DNA of 64,000 bases from Paraspadella gotoi. Taxonomy: Eukaryota > Animalia > Chaetognatha. The DNA is taken from the NCBI GenBank assembly GCA_051294375.1, contig CM119268.1, forward strand, positions 12,434,473 through 12,498,472, read 5' to 3'. The notes beneath the pieces are model-generated. The model was not told where the DNA came from. It did not search any database and worked only from the letters and a program-made list of their open reading frames with translations. The position numbers and the translations under genes are program-made. Of the stretch, positions 46,123 to 63,291 are shown one piece after another (the first letter of the stretch is position 1; every line of letters starts with the position of its first letter).

Positions 46123-46594
46123 TTGGTTAAGGAGCTAGGGGAAAGGTTAAAGGAGTATTGGAATTACGGACTCATTAATTATACTTTCTTATATCAACGT
46201 TTTGTAAGGAATCCAAATTGGTTCTTAAATCTGAAAAATTTACATTTTGAAATTTTAACCTTTTATATTTAAATATAGCTCACTGGTGCCCACTAATGTA
46301 CAAAATTAAAATATAAATTTACCAAAATATTTGTATCGATTTTATTTTTATGTTCTAAATGCTAAATTTTAATTTTATACAATTTTATTATCTTCACAAC
46401 GCTCGAGTGGACAGGCTCTGCTTCCTTTCTTTTGCACCCGCAAAGACTCTCCCTTTCCTTCCTTCCTTATTTCCCACCCTTTTGAGTTTCGTCTTCGCTG
46501 AATTCAAGCAATAAATTTCTCCTTTTTTCTCTCTCGTCTCTAATCCGTTGCAGGTTTTGCATCTTGATTAACTCCCGCAGAAGCAACTCTTTTC

Positions 46595-46636
<42 letters not shown>

Positions 46637-46939
46637 TCTCTCTATTTTCTCCCCGTAGACAAATTATTCTCGATTTATTTACCGGAAACAAAGGGAGACA
46701 AATTAGGGACTTTGTACAGGGGTATTTTGTTATGGGAATGTTTTCTTGACGCTATGAACTCGAGATTGTTGGAGAAAAGAGATACATATACTAGTTGACT
46801 ATGGTCAAATTGAATATTTACCATTTAGGATCTTCCCGGTCAGTAAATTTTTTTCAACTTCCTATAAAGACGAACATTTTTTTTTAAAGAACAATCGTTT
46901 TTCAAATATTACCCCAACCAAGCTTTACCATAACCAGTA

Positions 46940-47072
46940 ACCACTCCTAACCCTAAACTTAACCACCTTTAACCCTAACCACCCTAACCCAAACTACCCC
47001 TAACCCTAACCCTAACCACCCCTAACCTCTAACACTAAATACCCTTAACCCTATATACCCTTACCCTCAACC
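46940..47072. repeat. Degenerate interstitial telomere-like (TAACCC)n tract; opposite-strand tract at ~47678-47752
   Basis: Repeated TAACCC/CCCTAA variants, including CCCTAACCCTAACCCTAA. Confidence 0.7.
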
Positions 47073-47334
47073 AAACTTTTTTTAATATGTTATATATAAA
47101 TAGAAAAATAACCGACCGGCTTGGTTCCGGTCGGCGAAAATACAATTATGCCCAAAGGGCATTCTTTTTCTCACCAAAACAAAAAAACTCCGACTTTGGT
47201 TTACTTCTGTTATTTTATTAAGGCGATATATATAAGTATAAGAAAAAAAAATAGGGCATTGGTAAATTGGTAATAGTTATTCCATGCATAAGATGCAGTT
47301 TTCGTTCGATTCCAAAAGTGAAAAAAAGCCTCGA

Positions 47335-51181
<3,847 letters not shown>

Positions 51182-51822
51182 CTGCGAGGACAAGAGAACT
51201 AAAGATCAATTTGCGCAGGCGCAATCAAGCATACGTCGTCGTCGCAGCCGCTCAATTAAAGGACGCCAAAGCCTTTGCCTCGGCCAACGAACACCAGAGC
51301 CACAACCACCTTTACCATTAAACTAATTCCACCCCTCCGCTTTTACCCCCAAGCCCCTCAATCACCACCTCACCACCTTCCTCATCGCCACCTCGTTACG
51401 GTTGGGAAAAAAAAACTTCTGTAAGGAAACAAGAGGGAAAAGTGGCGACACCTGAGCAACGTCGGCACCGGCTTCGGCAAAGTCGGCGTCGGCGTCGGCA
51501 AAGTCGGCGCCGGAGGTTGCGGTTTTACACTCATATCTTCTTTCTTTTTCTTTTAGAGTCTCTCGGGCAAGATTTCCTCATCAATTCCTTTTAATTTTTT
51601 TCTATTTCTTTGGGTTTTTTTGTTTTGCTCTGTTTTGTTTTGTTTGTTTTTCAAATTTACATAGTTCAAATGGATATAGTTTTCGTCATATTTTTAGATT
51701 TGTTGTTTATATTTACTAAAAATATACTAAAAATCTTGGATTATATAGTAATTATAAACAAAAATTAATGATTATACATATTACGTATTTTCTACAATAC
51801 TACTAAATTATTCGATCCCATG

Positions 51823-53805
51823 CTAACTCGGCGCGTCCCAATTTCCGTCGCACATATGCCACGGCTTGCCACGCCGACCTGGCTTCAGGTCGAAGGCGCT
51901 CTTGCTTCGGAGGCGAATCTGCTTGGCCACCTCCGGATCGACGGGGTTTTGCAGCACATAGTCGAAGAGCTGCTTGCTGTGTTGGGCCAGATGTGAACTC
52001 GCAACTCGATCGTGATGGACTTGACAAGCGCTGTGGCATCTGTTGTGTTTAGTAAGGGGAGAGAAGATGTTTTTTTTTTTTTTTTTTTTTTTTGGTTTAG
52101 TGGAAAAGTGTTTAAATGATCGTCATTTGTTTTAACTAGATTTTATATTGGTTTCTTAGCAATAGTTAAATTAATAATCCAACAAGAATCAGCTATTATG
52201 TCATATCTTTAGAAGGTCACTACAATTTTTGTTGTTGTGTATTTTCGTTTAATTTATTACGCTTAAATAAAACAAGAGATGTCATCGAACTAATATATCC
52301 AATTATTATCCAAAAATCAACGACGAAATAACATTCGTTTGTATTCGTGCGGTGGTTCACCTTTGTTTGACGGTCGTCAACGCCTTTCCGCCGTCAATAT
52401 TCGAAGGCGAGGTGGAAAACGTTCTCTGATTGGTCGGATTAAGAGAGAGAGATCTCCGATTGGTCGAGCGGTTTCCTTCGCCCACGCCTCTGGCGGCGTT
52501 GGTATCCATGCAGCGGAGACGCTCGCGCCCGACGCAGCTGCGACCCAAGGGGCATTTTCGTGGACTTTCCGCCGACTGCGATGGAGAGATTATTGGTGAT
52601 TTGGAAGAGAAACATTTTTTTTTCTTAATTTGGAGAGAATAAGCCCGGGGAATTGGGTTCCTAAGACTTAAGGATCGAGGTTGGGGTTAAATACGTATAT
52701 ATATGGAAAACAAACCCGGTTCACAACGTGTTTTACTTACGGTCGATTTTCATTAAATCTTTATCCCCGTTATGGGTATTGAACTTTGAACTTTATCATT
52801 TTTGTTAAATGAATTTGGCTTGTGTCATTTTTCTATGAAATTGGTACAACCAATATAAAACTTATCCATGCTTTGGTGGTTTAAGGCCTCCATCACTCTT
52901 ACGAGATAATGACATAGCAGGTCCCTGCAAGCTTTCAATCAAGACTCTCTCACAGTCTCGTTTATTCACCCCCAGAGTACCTGGCTTCCCTATCTATAAA
53001 GCGGTATAACGTTTCAAAAGAATGTTTCAATTGTATGCATCTATGGCAACGGGAGGATAGCCTGTGATACCCGGGGCGCGGGGTATCTCACCAACTGGCG
53101 TAGGGGCTGCGGACCCTCAGTGACCGCCTCCTGTCACTGGCATGTTTATACCGGCACCGTCACATTTAAGCCAGAACCGGGATACCCAGGGATTGAACCC
53201 GGGACGCACGGATGGAATGAGATGATTTAGCCTGCTCAGCCATTGAGACGAGGCTGAGGACGGACAGCAGTGAGGCAGCTTTAAGTCTTGCTGCCACAGC
53301 ATCATTGTTTTTCCTCACGTACGGTAGAATTTAATTTAATTTAATTTAATTTTAATAGTCTACCTCCTCACTGACCTGCGAGATCCTTGACTCAGTCACA
53401 ACCGTCGACGAGATTTTTGAAAAATAACCGGAATCCGATCGAGAGTAAGTTGAGTTGAAATACTTCTCCGTTCTGTTTTGTTTTTGTTTTTTTTTTTGTT
53501 TGCGGGGGGGGGTAAGAGGGGGGGGGAGGAGGTTAAAAATTGGTCGTCAAAGACATATAACCCTCTGGAGGAACGTTTCAGTTCACGATGGGTCGTGTCT
53601 CTGGCCACTGATCTCAATTATTCACGTCGCCATAAACCACCAAAATGCCATTAGTTTTTTTGTTTTTTTTTTTTTTTAAAACCGAATACTTTTCTTTCAT
53701 TGTCAAATGACCTGGTGTAGATCGAAGGCATTGTGATTTGCACTCCTCAGGCAAGGAAACCCGCCGACTCTTGCCGTTATCGACGTCGTCGTCGTAAAGA
53801 TGGCG
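51823..53805 (-). CDS. 3' exons of an orphan gene
   Basis: Exons 53805-53712, 53607-53562, 53472-53376, 52575-52361 and 52039-51823 splice in frame: RHLYDDDVDNG...|VARDTTHRELKRSSRG|TEKYFNSTYSRSDSGYFSKISS...|SAESPRKC...VKQR|CHSACQVHH...DGNWDAPS*. Confidence 0.55.
52832..53036 (-). repeat. Dispersed partial copy of the ~320-bp repeat (inverted)
   Basis: Reverse complement of the 42204 array unit, with a small internal deletion. Confidence 0.85.
53042..53298 (-). mobile_element. Solo LTR-like element with tRNA-type A and B boxes, family copy 4 (divergent)
   Basis: Minus strand reads TGTGGCAGC...GTTGCCATA with a perfect 5-bp TSD GCATC (53037-53041, 53299-53303). It has internal TGGCTGAGCAGG and GGTTCAATCC, and shares CCAGTGACAGGAGGC, CACTGAGGGT, GTGAGAT and ATCACAGGC blocks with the other copies. 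Confidence 0.75.
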
Positions 53806-54067
53806 CTGTCGGGCAGGAAATATTTTTTGTGGTTTAAAAAAAACAAAACAAAAAGACAACTCTCGTGAATAGTCGGGGAGACAGAAATATAAAAAAAAAA
53901 AATAATCGAAAATAAATACTAAAATTTATGCTGGATTGATTATATGGCGCGACAGAGACGAAAAACTAATTCGTCAATTGGTTTTTTTTATGTGGATTTT
54001 CTAAATTAACGCAAAGAGGAGAGAAGAGGATGAGAGAGAAAAGGGAGAGTGGAAAGGAGAAGATAAA

Positions 54068-54678
54068 GATTGAAAGAGTGTTGATAGATTGAAAGAGTGT
54101 TAATAGATTGGAGAGTATTAATAGATTGGAAAAGATGTTAATAGATTAGAAGAAGTGTTAAAAAGATTGGAAGAGTAGTTTAAATAGATTGGAACGAAGT
54201 ATTAAAAGATTGGAAGAGTGTTTATAGAATTGGAAGAGTGTTAATAGATTGGAAGAGTGTTTATAGATTGGAAGAGTGTTATAGATTGGAAGAGTAGTGT
54301 TAATAGATCGGAAGAGTGTTAATAGATTGGAAAGAGTGTTTATAGATTGCAAGACTGTTAATAGATTGAGAAGAGTGTTGCATATGATTGCGAAGAGTGT
54401 GAATAGATTGAAGAGGTTGTCTGATAGATTGGGAAGAGTTGTTAATAGATTGCGAAGAGTGTTAATAGATTGGGGAAAAGTGTTAATTAGATTGGAAGAT
54501 TGTTTATAGATTGCAAGACTGGTTATATACAGATTGCGAAGCAGTGTTTGAAAGATTAGCAAGATGTTTGATAGATTGAATAAGAGAAGAGTGGTTAAAG
54601 TAGATTGGAAGAAGTGTATAGATTAGAAGAGTGTTAATAGATCGGAAGAGTGTTATTAGATTGAAAGAGTGTTAATAG
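54068..54678 (+). repeat. Minisatellite, ~20-bp unit AATAGATTGGAAGAGTGTT, roughly 30 degenerate copies
   Basis: Directly visible contiguous tandem repeat. Confidence 0.93.
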
Positions 54679-55419
54679 TAGATGGCAGAGGGAATTTTGA
54701 GTTTGGAGCTGTGATGTGGAAAGAAAGTGAAGGACAATCGCCGAGTTTTCAATGAGAAGTGATTGGGTGGTGATTGATGGGTTGGGGGAAAAGTGATTGG
54801 GTGGTGATTGATCGGTTGGGGAAAAAGTTTTTTAAGAGTTATGGATGCTGACACAGTAAACAAAGTAAATTGTGGCTTCAGTACATCCTAAGGAAAAAAA
54901 GTTAAAATTGTTAAATGCGCCAGAGAAAGTCGAATTAATTTAAAATCAATTTTGAAAAGTGGTTTTTTTTTCTAACTTGGCAAAAATCCGTTTTGGGATT
55001 GCGCGGATTATTTTTCCTCGCATTTTTTTTTATCGAAAATTTACATTTTAAAAATCCAAAAAAATTTAATTGTCGAAATATTCGTTTTTTGGATTTTTAT
55101 TAGGTTTTTTTTTCTTTCTGAATAATTATAACAGTTGCGCCTTCTTTTCAGAATAAGATTCCGGTTAGTGACCCCTAAGAAATTCCAGCTGTGTATTAAA
55201 ATGGAAAAAAGATCGCTTGTCTGCAAGAACAAATCTGCTGTATCTCTCCCGACAGATTTAAACCCAAAAAAAGTCTTTCTTTGACAGACTTTTTTTTGCG
55301 CAAACGGATAATAATCTGTAGAAGAGAGAGAAAAAAACTTGAGGCGCCTTTTTTTATTCTTTTTTTTTTTTCGTTGATCTGTTTATTTTCTCCGTCAACG
55401 TTTTCCTTCCTCCAAAATT

Positions 55420-55529
<110 letters not shown>

Positions 55530-56297
55530 TTGGAAACGAAATTGGATTTGGGACAAACCGATTTCTCTAAATCAGTGGAGAGAGTTGGATGGGGATGAGA
55601 CTGACTGGATGGGTGAGAGGGTAAGGTAACTTGAATTTGGGATGAGACGAGGTGGGAAGGGGCTTGGGAGGTGAGGATCAGACTAATCGTGTACTGGATA
55701 AGGCGAGGCGGTATTATAATAAGGTAAGGTGGGATTTGATTTGTGCCGGTTTGTAGTAGTAGTTCCCTCTACTGTGGGGAGGACTGAAAAGTTTTGGCTT
55801 AAACCAATTTTGCTAAATGAGTCTCGAGGGAGTACCGGGTTCCGGGGTGTGATAAAGAAACTCGGATTTCCTTTTTCCTTTTTTTTCTTTTTTAAGGTGA
55901 GAAAGGGAGGAATGATTTTTTTTTTTGGATGGTGGAAAAGAGATGAGTGGATCTTGTCGATTCCCTTTAAATCTACGATGAAAGAGTTTGAAACTCAAGG
56001 AAAGGTTTCGTTTTTAAAAAATAAACGAATTTGAAGTTAGTTATTAGTTAATAAGTGAGTGTAAAGTGAATGTTAAATTGAAGGCTCGAAAGTGAAATGA
56101 CCTTACTAATGGGTCAGGGAGGGGAAAAAAATGAAACTATCCAAATCTGGAAATGCCGGACGAAAAAACACAAAAAAATAATTACATGATTTGTTAAATT
56201 TGCTGGAGAAAAAACTTCTAGTAGTAGTAAATAGTAGTATATAAAGAAAAGGGAGGGAGGTGAGAAATCCTTCGGGGAAAGAAACAGGAGAGAAGGT

Positions 56298-56708
56298 NNN
56301 NNNNNNNNNNNNNNNNNNNNNNNNNNNNNNNNNNNNNNNNNNNNNNNNNNNNNNNNNNNNNNNNNNNNNNNNNNNNNNNNNNNNNNNNNNNNNNNNNNNN
56401 NNNNNNNNNNNNNNNNNNNNNNNNNNNNNNNNNNNNNNNNNNNNNNNNNNNNNNNNNNNNNNNNNNNNNNNNNNNNNNNNNNNNNNNNNNNNNNNNNNNN
56501 NNNNNNNNNNNNNNNNNNNNNNNNNNNNNNNNNNNNNNNNNNNNNNNNNNNNNNNNNNNNNNNNNNNNNNNNNNNNNNNNNNNNNNNNNNNNNNNNNNNN
56601 NNNNNNNNNNNNNNNNNNNNNNNNNNNNNNNNNNNNNNNNNNNNNNNNNNNNNNNNNNNNNNNNNNNNNNNNNNNNNNNNNNNNNNNNNNNNNNNNNNNN
56701 NNNNNNNN
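56298..56708. other. Assembly gap (others at 57209-57458, 58518-58542, 63545-63751)
   Basis: Runs of N, mostly abutting simple repeats. Confidence 0.99.
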
Positions 56709-57176
56709 TTTTTTTAATTGTTATGACTTTGTCGCCTCTTCGTTTGATTCGAAGGAAGTCATAAATCTCATTCTGGTCTTTGCTTTTTATATGTCGGGAA
56801 AGTAAGTTCTATATTAACATTATGTTTTTTATATTCAGAGCGAAATAGTTCTTTATTTAGAAGATGACGAATACATCATTCGTTGTAATCAGTTCTTATT
56901 TCATGCAAGAAATATTTGTCCAAGCTTGATAGTTTTTTTTGTTTGCAAAATTCCCGCGGAAATAAATTAAAATTAATCCCATGTTCTTTAATGTCCGAAG
57001 CTTAAGCGAACGGCAATGTAGCCTCTTGTAAAACCCAAAGCAATGGAAAAAAACACAGAAGCATCGAGCTACATTTATCAGTTTTTTTTTATGAGATTGG
57101 GTTAAAGGAAAAAAAAAATGTTTTCCCCGCCGGAGAGAAACACTTCATGATTTTTTCTTTTGTTGGAAGAATCTCT

Positions 57177-57208
<32 letters not shown>

Positions 57209-57458
57209 NNNNNNNNNNNNNNNNNNNNNNNNNNNNNNNNNNNNNNNNNNNNNNNNNNNNNNNNNNNNNNNNNNNNNNNNNNNNNNNNNNNNNNNNNNNN
57301 NNNNNNNNNNNNNNNNNNNNNNNNNNNNNNNNNNNNNNNNNNNNNNNNNNNNNNNNNNNNNNNNNNNNNNNNNNNNNNNNNNNNNNNNNNNNNNNNNNNN
57401 NNNNNNNNNNNNNNNNNNNNNNNNNNNNNNNNNNNNNNNNNNNNNNNNNNNNNNNNNN

Positions 57459-57493
<35 letters not shown>

Positions 57494-57819
57494 TCCATGG
57501 CATTTTTGAGTTTTTCGAAAAATCTGGAAATACACTTCAGAGCTGGAAGAACATAACATTAAAAAAACAACGTCATGTAATAAAGGTTTAGAAGCTAGAT
57601 TCAAATTAAAATAATATTCGATAAGACGGTACTGATTCTATTTAATTAGTAAGAAAATAAAAAGTTCATAATATTTGACAATTCTTACTAAAAACTCATC
57701 CGACTTTCATCTTTGTTCGTTTTAATTCTTTAACAATGCTGCAGTTGCTGCGCATTTTTCAAGTATCATTTCAGTTGATACGACTACCACTATATGATTA
57801 TCTTTTACCAGTTATATTT

Positions 57820-58293
57820 TTATCTTTTGTTTTCATTGTTCCCCAGAGGGCCTCCACTCTCCCGCTTCTCAAAGTCACCCCCTTCGACAAAGCGCTCCAC
57901 CCTTCCCCCCCCCTTCAGTCGTCGATGAGCGTCTTTCTCTCTCTCTCCACGACCGCTAGACGGCGCGGCACCGTTCTCACCGATGCCCAGAGACGCCGAA
58001 AGGGACAGACGCTCCTTGGCGTGGATCAGGTGTTCGACCGGTCGGTCAGTCGCCCTCCCTTTTGTGTTCAGGAATTCTTAAAACTATAAAGAATAAAAGA
58101 CAGAATTTTAATGCAGTGCATGTCATAAATACACGGAAAAAAAAAGTTTTTTAATCATGTCATATCATGTCATGTCATATAATGTGATCAAAGGGAAATA
58201 CACGTGAAAATAAAGTCACTGCGGTGCAACACATTGGAATTACCGTTCTTGTTCTTCTAATCATTTTGTCCATTATTATGTTCTCTTCTTCTG

Positions 58294-58345
<52 letters not shown>

Positions 58346-61300
58346 TCATATTCCATCTATTTCCTTTCGCCTTCACAAAGTAGTTGTCTCTTCCTTCGAT
58401 CCTTTTACTTTCGCCATTCCAGTTATATTTACTCGCTTCTTCCAAACTGATCCTTTTATACCCGCGTTGTTTAATGTTTAATGTTTAATGTTTATTGTTT
58501 TTTATTGTTCCTTTTTTNNNNNNNNNNNNNNNNNNNNNNNNNTTACGCTAGTTCATTTTTTCCGTGTCTCTCTATCTCTACATAAAACTTAATCAATCAT
58601 AATCTCCCCCTCAATGTTCTCTCATTCTCTCTCTCTCCTTCCTCTCTCTCTCTCTCTCTTCTCTCTCTCTCCTCTCTCTCTTCTCTCTCTCTCTCTCTCT
58701 CTCCTCTCTTCCTACCAGCTCCTCCTGTTAACATCGGCCATTCTCCCCCTCTTCACTCTTTTCCCTCTTCCACCTCAAAGTCCATTTCCCCAGTAATGAC
58801 TCGGATTGTTGGTTGGCGAAAAGTTATTTTCTCCTCCTCTCACCTCCTCCTCCTGCCTCCTCTCTTCCTCCCAGCCGTAAGTTTCTCCCCCTCCCCTCCA
58901 TGTTACCTCTTATGTCTGGCGCTCGCCGGCCGCTGCGGCCGTCGCGACGGCTCGCCGCGCCCGCTGCGCTGCAGGCGTCTACCGCGGCGGCGTCGGCGGC
59001 GGCGCTTGTTTCTTTCTTCGCTTTTCTCAGGTTAATCAATGCAACTGGGAACGAACCTCGGGGGAGAGAATCCGCGTGCACCCGCCGCGGGCAACGCGCA
59101 CACGGACTCGCGCTGGCGGCGTCGGACTCAGCGCCCGGCGGAACCGGTCGTTGAGCTCTGGAATCGATCGATCTTGCGCCGCTTTTAGATGCGAAGTTGA
59201 GAAGGGGGGAAAGAGGCAACTGACCGACCTTAGGGGCGGAGAGAGAAACAGAGAGGATGGCCGATTGTCGGGTGAGAGCGGTGACGAATGCAGAGTCATC
59301 ATCAACTCCTACCGAGGCTTTCTCGAACGCCTGTCATATTTTGATAAATATGTACGTATATATGTCTAATTGTATATACTATATTCACCGTGTTTATCTA
59401 ACACCTCTTCTCTTATCAAAAACAGAGAAATGAAGATGAGCAATGTCCTTTTTTATTTTGTAATCGAAACTAAAAAACCGCCCGACATCGAAAAGTTCAA
59501 ACCCCATCAAAATTCCTTAGACACCCAACACCCTTCACTTCAGCCCCCGGTCCTTCAACACCCTTTGATGAGTTGCTTCTTTGTAGAGATTATCCAGTCC
59601 ACTGTCGTTTGAAGGTTTCTTGAAGCGTTTCTTTTCCGCCGGGTAATGGTTGCACCTGGAAGGGAAAGTTTATGGCAGTCGTAAAACAATTAAACCTCTC
59701 ACTCTTGTCTAGCTCTTTATCTCTTGTTTTCTGTTTCTCGTTCTCTCTCTCTCTATCTCTCTCTCTCTCTCTCTCTCTCCTCTCTCTCTTCTCTCCTCTC
59801 TCTCTCTTCTGCTCTCTCTCTCCTCACGTGCTGCCTCATCATGAGTGAATTGCTTGTCGGAGGCAATGTTCTAGAGGATGAACTGCTTGCGAGAGTAAAA
59901 GATACATTCGGCTCCGCGCGAGAGAGAGGAGACGCCTCGGGGAGATCTGTAAGCGAAAAAACTCTGCAGATCGATGACCCAAGATTAAAAAAATTTTTTT
60001 TTTAGCGCGGGAATGAGAAGTCAATAGGAAAGAAATAGAAGAGAATAGAAGGGAAGAGAGAGAAGAGAAGAGAAGAGAAAGAAGAGAAGAGAAGAGAAGA
60101 GAAGAGAAGAGAAGAAGAGAAGAGAATGAGAAGAGAAGAGGAAAGAAAAGAAAAGAAGATAGAATAGATTAGGATAGAATAGATTAGGATAGAATAGAAA
60201 AAGAAGATAAATATATATATATAATATAACCTGATATTAACGAAACGAAACTTTGTCTTCACCTGTGATCAAATCCTGATTATCTTCCTCCAAGAATTCC
60301 GCGGAAGTGTTAAGTTCCGAAAAAGTCTTTCTCTTGCAATTTTCGTCACTTTGAACCAAAGACGGACCCGTGCGCTCGCCCCCTTGGAGCCGGCGCCGTC
60401 GCACCCGCGGAAAGCGATGTCGCGCGCGTCTTTTTGACTCCGGCGTCGGATCGCTGACGCGAGACGAAGCTGAGAGGGCGTGGCGGCTTGGTGAACGCCA
60501 GGGCGGCGACTAGGCGCGGTGGAATCCTCTGAGCGAAATTGGGTTTAGGACGGGTGGAGAGGAGCGAACATAAAGCGGGAAACTGCTAAACATTCAGAGT
60601 CGCGGCTACACAGTAGAACGGTGGCTACATCTAAACATTCTCTTCTACGAAGTGAGCACCATTTTCGTTGTAAAATACAGTAATTGGAACTGTACTTGTC
60701 CTTCTGCTATCCTGTTAAATGCGCATGAAAAAAAGGATAGAGGAAAAAAGCATTTGTAAACAATACAATTGACAAACCGCTGGTCGCTAACTTAGCCTTT
60801 TGTTTACTTACCCTCATCCGCATTTCCTCGCGCACTCTACGCTGCCATCCCACCCCTTTCCACCTCTCACCTCCTCCCCTTCCCTCGATCTCATCCCACC
60901 ACGCTCGATGCGGCGAAGGTGAATATCGTCGGCGCCGACAGATTCGGCGAATTTGTCGTAGGGCCTTCGGGAGAGTCCGACGGCCCATGACGGGAGTCGT
61001 CGACTTGATGCGTCATCTCGCGCGTGCCCTTCAATTTCGATGACTGAGTGATTGAATTGATTGACTAATGATTGGATTATTATGTGTCATTGATTCGAAT
61101 TGGTCGAATTGCAACGAACGCGAATTCATTGATGTTTTTTTCGGATAAACCTTCGGTTTTACGGTTGGACTTTTAAAGCATCATTCCGTCAATCAGTCAA
61201 GTGAGCAATAACCAACCAACAAATCCTTCGCTCATCGATCATCAATCGAGTGCGTACTTGCGGCGTCGGACGAAGTAATCTTCATCCTCGTCCTGCGAAT

Positions 61301-61528
61301 CCAATTCCGACTCCTCCTCTTCCTCTTCCGCCGCCTCCTTCGCCCTGGGAGCGAGAAATAAGAAAACAAACAATGGAAATCTTTCAATCAACCGACTAGC
61401 GATCCACAAGCCCAGACCTTTTCTCAACCACGACGGCGTCCATCTTGGCCTTTGGCTCTCCGCCAGGGCCGACGGGGAGACCAGCGTGACGCGGTGGTCC
61501 CGGCGCGTCCGGCGTTGACGGCCGGGAC
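57820..61528 (-). CDS. Probable exons of an orphan gene, possibly upstream exons of the 51823-53805 gene
   Basis: GC-rich blocks with AG/GT borders: ~61528-61429|61345-61257 (..WAKEAAEEEEEESELDSQDEDEDYFVRRR), ~60.9-61.0 kb, ~60.26-60.5 kb|59947-59829 (..EEDNQDLITDLPEASPLSR..), ~59655-59540, ~59.2-58.9 kb|58077 (EFLNTKGRATDRPVEHLIHAKERL). Indels prevent a full model. Confidence 0.4.
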
Positions 61529-61786
61529 CTGAACAAAAAGAGAGCGGGCGACGTCAATTGTAACATGATCTCGTGACAAATCCAAAAAAATTTTATCAGT
61601 TTCGATTACTCATAATTTTCCTCATCGAGCGATTTCTGTTTCTGTAGAGAAAATTATTCTGAACCTCTGAAGTCTAAAGATGAGTCACCTTTCTAAGAAT
61701 TGATGAACAGTTATAATAATTACTATAGTTATAACAATACGAGGGGAGCTCTAAGGGACAAAAAATTATTTAAGTGAAACAACAAG

Positions 61787-63024
61787 TAGTGTTCCGATAA
61801 CCGTTAACTGTTAACGGTTTAACGGGTGAAAAATAATTTTAACTTAAACCGTTAATATATTTTATTTACGTTTAAATTCGTTAATTTTTCAACTGTAATT
61901 TTTTTCCCATTTTTGGTATGAAATCTTTAAATTTTAAAAAAAACAATTTTTTTCTGTTCTCTCTATTCTCCTATCACCTTCTACCATATTTTTACCCTCC
62001 TCCTCTCTTCATCCACTTTTTTCCCTACTTTTTTCCTTTGTTATTTCTTCTTTTTTTCTATCCTCATCTCTCTCTTATTCTTTCTCCCCTTTATTTTCTC
62101 CTCTCTTGTTCCTTTCTTTTCTTTCCTCACTTTCCCCTTTTTCTTCCGCGCCTTTCTTTTTCTCATTTTTTTCGCCCCTTTGCCTTTACGCTTTTTCCTT
62201 TTTTTTGCCCTTCATGCAATAATATATATTCAATTTACTTAAAAATAAATAATCCTCTATTTTACTTATTTCTCTCTTTTTCTTTCCCTCTTTAAAAATT
62301 AACACAAAGAAGCAAATGAAATAAAACCGAATGAATGAAAAAATGATAAAAAACCAAATAAAAATATTTTAAATTTAACCATTAATAATAGAAGGAACGA
62401 ATCTTAAACAAAGACATATAAAAAAGAATAATGATATAAAACTTTAATTAAAGCCAGAAAAATATATTTTATAATCAATAAATATTTTGAGATCAAATGC
62501 ATAAATCAACCAGTCTATCAATAAATTAAAATTCATATTTATTTTTGGTCAATGACCATTGGTCATAGATTATGAAGACTAACAACAGAAAACAAGCGTT
62601 TTAAGAACTAACAAACCTACAAAAAAAAATTAGGAAGAAGAAATAGAGAAAGAAAAAGAGAAAGCAAAAGAGAGAAAGAGAAAGCAAAAATATAGAATAG
62701 AATATTTGATGGTTTCCTTTGTTTCCGTTGTGTTATGAGATTAGCAAAAATATTTTGTCTTTGGTTACAACAAACAATTTTATTTGACATAAAAAACAGA
62801 CATGTTTTGACTCTGTTTCAAGTCTTTAATCAGCGCATTCAAGAGCCATAGTTTAAAGGAGAAAATACAATTAAATACTATTAGTTTTTGTTTAAATCTT
62901 AATATTTTAAATTTAAAGTTTAAATTAAAAATAACCGATGCTTAACGTTAAATCAGTTAAAAATGTTAGTTCTTACACGGTTAACGCGAATTTCATAAAA
63001 AATTAACGGTTATCGGCAACTCTA
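61787..63024. mobile_element. Non-autonomous DNA transposon (hAT-like TIRs, subterminal AACCG/CGGTT motifs)
   Basis: TAGTGTTCCGATAACCGTTAA ... TTAACGGTTATCGGCAACTCTA; no clear TSD. Confidence 0.6.
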
Positions 63025-63291
63025 TTTAACACACAAGGATATTTAATATGAGAGATAATGATGATTATCGAGTAATAAAAACTATTTGCTCAGATTTCGT
63101 TTGGGGAAATCGTATCATAAAATACAAAAATATTTAAGAAACTCATCAAACCCATCAAAGTATTTAATGAAACTAATCGACATATGCAAATGTATTGGAG
63201 AAACGAAAAATGACAGAATTGCGTAATGTCATGAGAATTAATAATATTTTTGTCTACTTTCCTCGAAGTGGCACCGCACAGCATAACAACC

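Noticed and set aside
52426-52466. Two CCAAT boxes 30 bp apart (NF-Y promoter)
   Set aside because: They lie inside the phase-consistent coding exon 52575-52361 (STNRR...PTNQR).
54068-54678. Possible CRISPR array
   Set aside because: Units are contiguous and degenerate with no unique spacers, there are no cas genes, and the context is eukaryotic; it is a minisatellite.
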